From a virus (taxonomy: Duplodnaviria > Heunggongvirae > Uroviricota > Caudoviricetes), in the IMG/VR virus record IMGVR_UViG_2648501230_000014: DNA of 6,231 nt. The stretch is one strand, 5' to 3'. The translations under genes were made by a program, and so were the position numbers. This document shows, piece by piece, positions 1 through 6,231 of this stretch (positions are counted from its first letter, which is position 1; the number at the start of each line of letters is the position of its first letter). Below the pieces are notes generated by a model. That model was not told the DNA's origin and ran no database searches. It worked only from the letters and a program-made list of their open reading frames with translations.

Positions 1-1
1 A

Positions 2-76
2 CAGACCAACCTGACGCTGAAAGAGGAAAGCTACGGCGACTGGCTGCCAAAATGTGACGACCCTGCAACAACCTGA
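2..76 (+). CDS. Probable 3' end of an upstream gene (partial, product unknown)
   Basis: Frame 2 is open from the window edge to TGA at 74-76 and uses common enterobacterial codons (CTG, GAA, GGC, GAC, AAA); frame 1 is full of rare codons (AGA, GGA, CTA, CGG, CGA). The stop is followed 8 nt later by a canonical intrinsic terminator. Translation ...QTNLTLKEESYGDWLPKCDDPATT* is not recognised. Confidence 0.35.
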   Translation, partial: QTNLTLKEESYGDWLPKCDDPATT

Positions 77-83
77 CCCACCT

Positions 84-109
84 GACCGGCATCTGCCGGT
101 CTTTTTTTT
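84..109 (+). terminator. Rho-independent terminator
   Basis: Perfect 7-bp stem GACCGGC (84-90) / GCCGGTC (95-101), 4-nt loop ATCT, followed by T8 (102-109). Confidence 0.6.
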
Positions 110-126
110 ATCCCGACCTCCCCCGA

Positions 127-250
127 AGGTGAACAATCCACTGTTCACCCTTCACCGTATATTCACCCGTTATCACACTGAAATTAAAAGAGAAAAACGA
201 AAGGTGAACAGTGTGAACAATCAAATCAAAAAAAACTTTTTTCTTCCTGA
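127..250. repeat. Tandem repeat unit 1 of an iteron-like array (GTTCACC/GGTGAAC heptamer cluster)
   Basis: GGTGAACA 128-135, TGTTCACC 142-149, TTCACC 151-156, TTCACCC 162-168, GGTGAACA 203-210, GTGAACA 213-219, then an A8-C-T6 tract. About 83% identical to unit 2 by hand alignment, with the heptamer blocks fully conserved. Confidence 0.6.
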
Positions 251-306
251 GTGATTTCAGTGCGGAGGATTAATCACCGGTATGAGTCACACCGGCAGAA
301 TGCCGG

Positions 307-430
307 AGGTGAAGAATCGAATGTTCACCCTTCACCCATTATTCACCACCTATCATACTGAAATAAAAGGAGAAAAAAGAAAGGTGAACAGTGTGAACAG
401 TTCTTTCGAAAAAAAATTTTTTCCTGTACG
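307..430. repeat. Tandem repeat unit 2 of the iteron-like array
   Basis: GGTGAAG 308-314, TGTTCACC 322-329, TTCACCC 331-337, TTCACCA 342-348, GGTGAACA 383-390, GTGAACAG 393-399, then an A8-T6 tract. Preceded by a CCGGC-AGAAT-GCCGG hairpin (292-306) that mirrors the CCGGC-ATCT-GCCGG hairpin before unit 1. Confidence 0.6.
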
Positions 431-710
431 ATATAGCATCAATCCAAGTAAAAATGCGCTTTCATTTCACATTAACTTACAGCCATTGGTATACGATTAG
501 GTATACGCACAAAAACTGAATTAAACAAAATCATTAAAAATCAAAGCAATACAATATTTATTCAAACTCCGCCAGCCCAATCATGATTGGACGGTGTAAG
601 GACAACACCAACAAAAACAGGAAGTTAGCAGTCTCAGCAGGACACCGACCAGACGGTGAGGAGACAAAAAAGGATACGCAAAGGAGCCGCGGCTCTCAAG
701 TGTGAAAGAA

Positions 711-736
711 GCCCGCAAATTGCGGGCTTTTTTATT
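711..736 (+). terminator. Rho-independent terminator
   Basis: GCCCGCAA-A-TTGCGGGC (8-bp GC-rich stem, 711-727) followed by TTTTTTATT. Sits immediately upstream of the 789 ORF, insulating it from upstream transcription. Confidence 0.7.
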
Positions 737-788
737 GATCAGTCAACAATAAACAGTAACCGAATGAGAATTTAATAAGGATATTCAT

Positions 789-1820
789 ATGGAAGCTACT
801 GTGGATTCGATTGATTTTCTGATCCGTAGTGAAGATGATTTTCTAAACTTTCTGGAAGAAATGAAAGCCCGAGAGGGGCTTGATTCTAAAGAGTTTATTT
901 TCCCTAACGTAAAGTTTGCAGGCTGGCCATCCTTAGACATAAATGTAAAAGGAGAGCGGTATCATTCATCAATTACATCAGCAATGTTGTTTGGTATGTC
1001 AATGCTCAACGAGGAGATACAGCGGGCGTTTGCAACCATACGATACGGATCGCAGAATCTTCAACGCTTGACTAATGAAGACAAGCAACGACTTGATATA
1101 AATTTTAAAATTAGCGAAGGTTCTAGTGATGCGGAAGGCACCACTGACAAGATCATCAACGCAGTAACTGATTTTTTGCGAGATACTATGTCTGGACTGA
1201 ACGGCTGGCAGAAAATGCTTGTTATAATCACAATGGTTGGCGCGGCCAGCACATGTGGTTATCACTACATTTCAGAAAATGCCGTAACAGAAAGACATGC
1301 AACTGATCGGCAGGTTGAAATTGCAAAAACCACATCCGATGGCATAAACAAAGCCATAGAAGCAACATTAGATTATAAAATCTATGGGAAATCAGCGATT
1401 AGCGATAAAGTTACTAGTCACGGACAAGCAGGTAAAAGTGCTTTAGTGAAGCAATTAGCTGCTGATCCTACTGTCGAAACCGTGACTTTAGGAAATGAGA
1501 AACTAACACGACAAGACCTAAATACCTACAACAGCCGACAATCTGTAGATAGAGAACGTAAAGAACGAACTGATATATTTTCCATCAAAGGTGTAACCAG
1601 AACAGGGCCAACAAATCAGGATATTAATATTAACGTTGTTAGGGTCTCTAATGACGAATGCTTCACAATCAAAGCTTCAGCTGATGTTATCACCCAAGAT
1701 GAGTTGACAGCTATTGTTGACGCTTTGTCAAACAACTCTCATATTAAAATCAGTTACTTAGAGGTAATTGAAAAGGGTGCTGTTTCTATAGGTCAGTTCA
1801 ACACTATTGTTTCAGAATAA
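789..1820 (+). CDS. Hypothetical protein (343 aa), first gene of a cargo operon; possible single-pass membrane protein
   Basis: Long ORF starting at the first ATG after an in-frame stop; AAGGA RBS at 777-781 with 7-nt spacer. Central hydrophobic stretch WQKMLVIITMVGAASTCGYHYI (residues 140-161). No catalytic motif I can assign. AT-rich relative to the tail genes. Confidence 0.8.
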   Translation: MEATVDSIDFLIRSEDDFLNFLEEMKAREGLDSKEFIFPNVKFAGWPSLDINVKGERYHSSITSAMLFGMSMLNEEIQRAFATIRYGSQNLQRLTNEDKQRLDINFKISEGSSDAEGTTDKIINAVTDFLRDTMSGLNGWQKMLVIITMVGAASTCGYHYISENAVTERHATDRQVEIAKTTSDGINKAIEATLDYKIYGKSAISDKVTSHGQAGKSALVKQLAADPTVETVTLGNEKLTRQDLNTYNSRQSVDRERKERTDIFSIKGVTRTGPTNQDININVVRVSNDECFTIKASADVITQDELTAIVDALSNNSHIKISYLEVIEKGAVSIGQFNTIVSE

Positions 1821-1871
1821 TCACTTAACCCCATTTATGTCGGTTGAGGTTATAAGTCACGGAGACCAGAT

Positions 1872-2216
1872 ATGTCCTTAAAGTATGCACATGAAAAATT
1901 TCATACTGCAGTACTTACTCTTGCGGGCCATGGAAGTATTCAAGAACGCTTGATTAATTCGTATGTTTTTAGCCTTGGGCATCTTAAAACAGCCGATGAT
2001 ATTCCAAATGCCTTACAAAGCAGGTTCGATGAATTATGTAAGGAACTGACTAAGTTTGATGCCACTGGCGATGAGGGGCGAGTTCAAGCAACAGTATCAA
2101 AACTTAACGATTTCGAGATCAATAAACTGATCGAAGATATTGTCAGTCTTAACGATGATATTTGCATGAAATTGGCTCTGACGGATGAGACTTACCAAGA
2201 CATACACCAAAGTTAA
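1872..2216 (+). CDS. Hypothetical protein (114 aa), second gene of the cargo operon
   Basis: GGAGA RBS at 1861-1865 with 6-nt spacer before ATG 1872. Lies 51 bp downstream of the 343-aa ORF on the same strand, followed by a hairpin at 2244-2266. Acidic, predicted helical, no recognisable motif. Confidence 0.75.
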   Translation: MSLKYAHEKFHTAVLTLAGHGSIQERLINSYVFSLGHLKTADDIPNALQSRFDELCKELTKFDATGDEGRVQATVSKLNDFEINKLIEDIVSLNDDICMKLALTDETYQDIHQS

Positions 2217-2243
2217 TTGATTAAATTCAAAAAGTTAACGTTC

Positions 2244-2266
2244 AACCAGCCAGTTTTTGGCTGGTT
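2244..2266. terminator. Probable bidirectional terminator hairpin between convergent genes
   Basis: AACCAGCC (2244-2251) / GGCTGGTT (2259-2266), 8-bp stem with 7-nt loop AGTTTTT, T-rich flank. Positioned between the 3' ends of the 1872..2216 (+) and 2301..2513 (-) genes. Confidence 0.45.
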
Positions 2267-2300
2267 TATTGTCTTATAATATTCTTGCTCGAATGATGCA

Positions 2301-2513
2301 CTATTTATGATGTAATCCGGACATCAGTTCATGGACAAGATTATCTCTTTCATTGTGTTGCAACCGTAAATGCATAGCAAAAAGGTGAGCACTATCCTCA
2401 TTCCTCTTCAAGCCATGCTGTTCAAGATACCCGAAAAAACGGCTTCTCTTATCCGCTATTTCCTGAGTCTGACGTGCAACATTTACCAAATTTTCTAGCG
2501 TTTTTCTTGGCAT
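2301..2513 (-). CDS. Hypothetical small protein (70 aa)
   Basis: Strong AGGAGG Shine-Dalgarno (complement of 2522-2527) 8 nt upstream of ATG (complement of 2511-2513). Basic, predicted helical. Lies downstream of the invertase on the same strand, where e14 of K-12 carries mcrA. Confidence 0.65.
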   Translation of the reverse strand: MPRKTLENLVNVARQTQEIADKRSRFFGYLEQHGLKRNEDSAHLFAMHLRLQHNERDNLVHELMSGLHHK

Positions 2514-2711
2514 ACTATTTCCTCCTGAAATTGTTGTAATTCACTAGGATATTCATTTTAATTTGTATCATTTAGTACCAAAACCGCTATCAATTAACAA
2601 AGCCATCGTTGTGGTTTACCTTGCAGCCGTTTTTTGTCATTGACTCTATGTGAAAATAATGAATCATCATGAGATTGGCTCACACGTTCTTGAATTCGAC
2701 GAGCTGTGTCT

Positions 2712-3266
2712 TTATTTATCTCCTGCCGGAAACCTCTGATACAAAGTCGATACGCCAACATCATAGATAATCGCAACTTTCTGGCGCGGAACTCCTGATG
2801 CAATTAATCGTCCGGCTTGTGCCCATTGTTCTGGTGTAAGTTTGGGACGACGTCCACCAATTCGTCCCTGTGCGCGAGCAGCTTCCAGTCCAGCTTTTGT
2901 TCGTTCAACAATCAGTTCTCGTTCCATTTCAGCCAGGGCCCCCATCACATGAAAGAAAAAGCGCCCCATTGGGGTACTGGTATCAATTGAATCCGTCAGA
3001 CTACGAAAGTTGATGCCTCGTTCGCGCAACTCCTCCACCAGCACGACAAGATGCCGCATACTGCGCCCCAGTCGGTCCAGTTTCCAGACCACCAGCGTAT
3101 CGCCTGCCGATAATGTCCTGAGCAGTTTTTTCAGTCCCGGCCTTTCGGACTTTGTACCGCTTATCTTGTCTTCAAAAATCAGCTCGCATCCTGCACAGTT
3201 CAGCGCATTACGTTGTAGATCTGTGTTCTGGTCATTTGTTGACACACGTACATAGCCAATAAGCAT
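2712..3266 (-). CDS. pin: Site-specific DNA invertase, serine recombinase of the Pin/Gin/Cin/Hin family
   Basis: 184-aa product MLIGYVRVSTNDQNTDLQRN...WKLDRLGRS...GINFRSLTDSIDTS.PMGRFFFHVMGALAEMERELI.ERT is an unmistakable match to Gin/Pin invertases (catalytic Ser in YVRVSTNDQ, C-terminal HTH). Start set at the ATG (3266..3264) preceded by GGGAGA, not at the longer ORF-track start at 3302. Stop TAA at 2714..2712. Confidence 0.93.
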   Translation of the reverse strand: MLIGYVRVSTNDQNTDLQRNALNCAGCELIFEDKISGTKSERPGLKKLLRTLSAGDTLVVWKLDRLGRSMRHLVVLVEELRERGINFRSLTDSIDTSTPMGRFFFHVMGALAEMERELIVERTKAGLEAARAQGRIGGRRPKLTPEQWAQAGRLIASGVPRQKVAIIYDVGVSTLYQRFPAGDK

Positions 3267-3292
3267 GGTAGATCTCCCTGACAAAAGCAGGA

Positions 3293-3805
3293 ATGATGCC
3301 ATTTGCTCGTTATTTCTGCATTTTCATAAACGTTGGTTTGGGAGAAGGTTCGGCATTACCCGTTGGTGTGCCTGTTCCGTGGCCTTCCGCCACTCCGCCA
3401 ACGGGGTGGCTAAAATGTAACGGAGCAGTATTTTCTTCTGAAAAGTACCCAAATCTGGCAAAGGCTTACCCAACATTAAAATTACCAGATTTACGCGGTG
3501 AATTTATTCGTGGCTGGGATGATGGGCGCGGGATTGACTCTGGTCGTAACTTATTATCTGCACAGAATGATGCAATTCAGAATATTGTTGGTTCTTTTGG
3601 GCGTACCCAGCTTTTTAGAGACGTACTTAGTTCAGGGCCATTTAGTCAACATGGGCAAGTATTATCTACAGGTCTAAAGGAAGCCGAAATTATTGAGGGT
3701 TATGGCGCTTATAACTGGACATTCGACGCATCTCGCTCAGTTCGCACAGCATCTGAAACCCGCTCCCGTAACATCGCCTTTAATTATATTGTGAGGGCTG
3801 CATGA
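3293..3805 (+). CDS. Alternative tail-fibre C-terminal variable cassette (promoterless, OFF orientation; stfE-like fragment)
   Basis: Translation contains the tail-fibre C-terminal signature ...GWLKCNGAVFSSEKYPNLAKAYPTLKLPDLRGEFIRGWDDGRGIDSGRNLLSAQNDAIQNI... The reading frame passes through the crossover site (NVGLGEG). The functional part begins at about 3335; the ATG at 3293 is probably fortuitous. Confidence 0.7.
   Translation: MMPFARYFCIFINVGLGEGSALPVGVPVPWPSATPPTGWLKCNGAVFSSEKYPNLAKAYPTLKLPDLRGEFIRGWDDGRGIDSGRNLLSAQNDAIQNIVGSFGRTQLFRDVLSSGPFSQHGQVLSTGLKEAEIIEGYGAYNWTFDASRSVRTASETRSRNIAFNYIVRAA
3321..3346. promoter_or_regulatory. Invertase crossover site (pix/gix/hix-like), pin-proximal
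   Basis: TTTTCATAAACGTTGGTTTGGGAGAA; reverse complement TTCTCCCAAACC-AA-CGTTTATGAAAA follows the 12-2-12 hix/gix layout (compare hixL TTCTTGAAAACC-AA-GGTTTTTGATAA as recalled). It is an inverted repeat of the site at 5266-5291. Confidence 0.8.
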
Positions 3806-4407
3806 TAAGTAAAGCTGTATTAAATAATGAACTCATCGCCACAAAGGCCGGAGACATTACCGTTTATAATTATGATGGTGAAACACGGGAATATATTTCC
3901 ACATCAACTGAATATCTTGCTGTGGGTGTTGGTATCCCGGCATGTTCCTGTTTAGATGCTCCTGGCTCATATAAAGCTGGTTATGCAATTTGCCGTTCTG
4001 CAGATTTTAACTCATGGGAATATGTGCCAGACCATCGCGGTGAAATCGTCTATAGCACCGAAACAGGAGAATCAAAAGAAATCACAGTTCCGGGTGATTA
4101 CCCTGAAAATACAACCACTATCGCCCCGTTAACGTCATACGATAAATGGGATGGTGAGAAATGGGTGACCGATACTGAGGCACAGCATAACGCCGCAGTA
4201 GACGCGGCAGAAGTACGGCGCCAGTCACTGATTGATGCTGCTATGGCTTCCATTAGTCTGATTCAGCTGAAATTGCAGGCCGGGCGGAAGCTGACGCAGG
4301 CAGAAACAACCCGGCTTAACGCTGTGCTGGATTACATTGACGCGGTGACTGCAACAGATACCAGCACCGCGCCGGATGTCATCTGGCCTGAACTACCGGA
4401 GGCGTAG
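3802..4407 (+). CDS. tfa: Tail-fibre assembly protein (Tfa family), alternative copy
   Basis: 201 aa; start overlaps the upstream stop (ATGA). Lambda-Tfa-like motifs: VPDHRGEIVY, YDKWDGEKWVTDTEAQ, C-terminal VTATDTSTAPDVIWPELPEA. Confidence 0.85.
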   Translation: MISKAVLNNELIATKAGDITVYNYDGETREYISTSTEYLAVGVGIPACSCLDAPGSYKAGYAICRSADFNSWEYVPDHRGEIVYSTETGESKEITVPGDYPENTTTIAPLTSYDKWDGEKWVTDTEAQHNAAVDAAEVRRQSLIDAAMASISLIQLKLQAGRKLTQAETTRLNAVLDYIDAVTATDTSTAPDVIWPELPEA

Positions 4408-4822
4408 GCCATTCAATATCTGGAGCACTGGAGGTATCAACCAGTTCCAGTGCGTCCAGATAATCCAGCCATAAATTATATTGTTCCAGCTCGTAACCTT
4501 TCAGACGACCAATAGCAGCTTTGCCAGGCCACTGATGGGTATTGATGTAGGTATTGACTTCTGAAACCAAAGATATCTTTTTCATTTCAGCCGCCAGCAT
4601 CTCATCCTCTTTTGAAGGCGGCGGGGAATTAATCCATATTGGCCGTCCTGAACTGTCAGCGCCAATTTCTTTCCCTTCTGGATGCAGCCCAAGAAATTGC
4701 TCATATGTTTCTCTGGTAATTTCAATAACATCATCAGGAAGCGTTCCCGCATCCTCATATTCTGGAAACAATTCTTGCAGATAAAAACTTTTACTTGCGG
4801 GTGAAAAGAATACTGAGTTCAT
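4379..4822 (-). CDS. tfa: Tail-fibre assembly protein (Tfa family), currently expressed copy
   Basis: 147 aa; ATG (4822..4820) lies 2 nt after the tail-fibre stop. C-terminal Tfa signature LWLDYLDALELVDTSSAPDIEWPTPP. Its 3' end overlaps the convergent tfa by 29 bp. Confidence 0.85.
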   Translation of the reverse strand: MNSVFFSPASKSFYLQELFPEYEDAGTLPDDVIEITRETYEQFLGLHPEGKEIGADSSGRPIWINSPPPSKEDEMLAAEMKKISLVSEVNTYINTHQWPGKAAIGRLKGYELEQYNLWLDYLDALELVDTSSAPDIEWPTPPVVQAR

Positions 4823-4824
4823 TC

Positions 4825-5568
4825 TTACCGTCCAATGATTAACGCTGAGACGCTGGTATCTGAAGGAAAGGCTGCATTCAGTGGTTTGTCGACTTTGAAC
4901 ACAATCGTATTATTCCCCCTGACAGCGGCAAAAGAACAAACCGCCGTCGCGTATGAACCTGTAATATTACTGGATACACCACCATAAGCTGTTGTTGATA
5001 CCAGAGGGATAACGCCCAGCACCTTATTAGGAAATACAAAGGGCAATGTGGCTGTGGCAATATAAGACTTATTAGAACCTGTAATGGCATAAGCATTATC
5101 AGTCATTCCATTCATCGCCACTGGACCGCTTATACTTACAGTAACCATCTGAATGATTAGCCCGTCAGGTTGACGAATCACAAAATTTCCATTGCCACCA
5201 GTAACCGTCCAGAAAGACATATCAGGGATTTGGTTTTCCCCGTTGCCCACATTTCGTTTTGCCGCTTCTCCCAAACCAAGGTTTTCGAGAGCCGTTTTCA
5301 CCGTGCCATCAGATTTGATATCGCCAAACGGATTCTTGCGGCTTAACAGCAGCGCACGAAGCGCGGTAAGCAGCTGGTCATGCCGCCCCTTCTCCAGGCT
5401 GGCACCGGATGCCTCCACCACGCTGCAGAGTTCTTCCTGCAACATGTCAAAGTAGTCATCATCCAGATCGGTGGCAGGTGTGCCGGTCTGGGGGTTACCA
5501 CGGGTAAAACCGTTCTTACCCGCGCCGAACTTATCCTTCTGCGCGGTTTTCGTGTCTATACGATGCAT
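4825..5568 (-). CDS. Tail fibre protein (constant N-terminal part outside, variable C-terminal part inside the invertible segment; stfP-like)
   Basis: 247 aa; GGAG RBS 6 nt upstream of ATG (5568..5566). The crossover site lies in-frame at residues ~93-101 ([10 protein letters not shown]). Follows the gpI-like gene with a 3-nt gap. Confidence 0.85.
   Translation of the reverse strand: MHRIDTKTAQKDKFGAGKNGFTRGNPQTGTPATDLDDDYFDMLQEELCSVVEASGASLEKGRHDQLLTALRALLLSRKNPFGDIKSDGTVKTALENLGLGEAAKRNVGNGENQIPDMSFWTVTGGNGNFVIRQPDGLIIQMVTVSISGPVAMNGMTDNAYAITGSNKSYIATATLPFVFPNKVLGVIPLVSTTAYGGVSSNITGSYATAVCSFAAVRGNNTIVFKVDKPLNAAFPSDTSVSALIIGR
5266..5291. promoter_or_regulatory. Invertase crossover site (pix/gix/hix-like), inside the tail-fibre gene
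   Basis: TTCTCCCAAACC-AA-GGTTTTCGAGAG. Matches the pin-proximal site in inverted orientation at 18 of 20 positions around the AA/TT core. Confidence 0.8.
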
Positions 5569-5571
5569 GGA

Positions 5572-6229
<658 letters not shown>

Positions 6230-6231
6230 CA

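Larger units (their letters stand above)
3321..5291. mobile_element. Invertible DNA segment (tail-fibre host-range switch; analogous to Mu G, P1 C, e14 P regions)
   Basis: Bounded by inverted 26-bp crossover sites. Contains two convergent variable tail-fibre 3' cassettes and two convergent tfa genes. The invertase gene lies immediately outside. Confidence 0.8.

Noticed and set aside
127-430. CRISPR array or retron msr/msd
   Set aside because: Only two long (~120 bp) units with no short repeat-spacer periodicity and no cas genes. No reverse transcriptase nearby; the 343-aa ORF lacks the YxDD motif.
54-500. Two small ORFs (66 aa, 54..254; 72 aa, 282..500) with similar translations
   Set aside because: They arise from the tandem repeat units and read straight through a canonical terminator hairpin. 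Conservation is concentrated in the heptamer repeat blocks rather than following a codon pattern, and there is no credible RBS. Treated as non-coding repeat DNA.
735-776. Sigma70 promoter for the cargo operon (TTGATC at 735-740, TTTAAT at 771-776)
   Set aside because: The spacing between the two hexamers is about 30 bp and no better -35/-10 pair is evident. A promoter must exist between the terminator and ATG 789, but I cannot place it.
999-1265. Antisense ORFs 999..1265 (-) and 1061..1252 (-) inside the 343-aa gene
   Set aside because: Fully embedded antisense to a longer ORF that has a proper RBS; no independent start signals.
1413-1442. Walker-A-like string GQAGKS in the 343-aa protein (residues 212-217)
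   Set aside because: Spacing is G-x2-G-K-S rather than G-x4-G-K-[ST], and no Walker B follows. Not a convincing P-loop.
1740-1805. PLD-like HxK string (HIKISYLEVIEKGAVSIGQFN) at the C-terminus of the 343-aa protein
   Set aside because: It has E in place of the conserved D and the wrong spacing to the G/N positions of the HxK(x)4D(x)6GSxN motif. Likely chance resemblance; only a profile or structure search could revive it.
2594-2803. 69-aa ORF on the minus strand overlapping the 3' end of pin
   Set aside because: Out-of-frame overlap with the strongly supported invertase gene; no RBS.
3010-3255. 81-aa ORF antisense to pin
   Set aside because: Embedded antisense to the invertase gene; serine/arginine-rich low-complexity translation.

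Overview
This window reads as the cargo-proximal end of an e14-like prophage tail module in an enterobacterial genome. From right to left on the minus strand it carries a P2 gpI / YmfQ-like tail protein gene, a short tail-fibre gene whose 3' half lies inside a ~1.95-kb invertible segment, a tail-fibre assembly gene, and then (on the plus strand, currently silent) an alternative tail-fibre assembly gene and an alternative promoterless tail-fibre C-terminal cassette. A Pin/Gin/Cin-family serine invertase gene sits just outside the segment. Both 26-bp crossover sites are visible as inverted repeats, and inversion would preserve the reading frame. Left of the invertase, where E. coli K-12 e14 carries mcrA, there is instead an AT-rich cargo block: a two-gene plus-strand operon (343 aa and 114 aa, no family I can assign) bracketed by intrinsic terminators, and a convergent 70-aa gene with a strong RBS. 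This is the best candidate for an undescribed accessory or anti-phage system. The first ~500 bp hold the probable 3' end of a GC-richer gene, its terminator, and two tandem ~120-bp units densely packed with GTTCACC/GGTGAAC heptamers (iteron-like array). All calls are from reading the sequence; no database search was possible.
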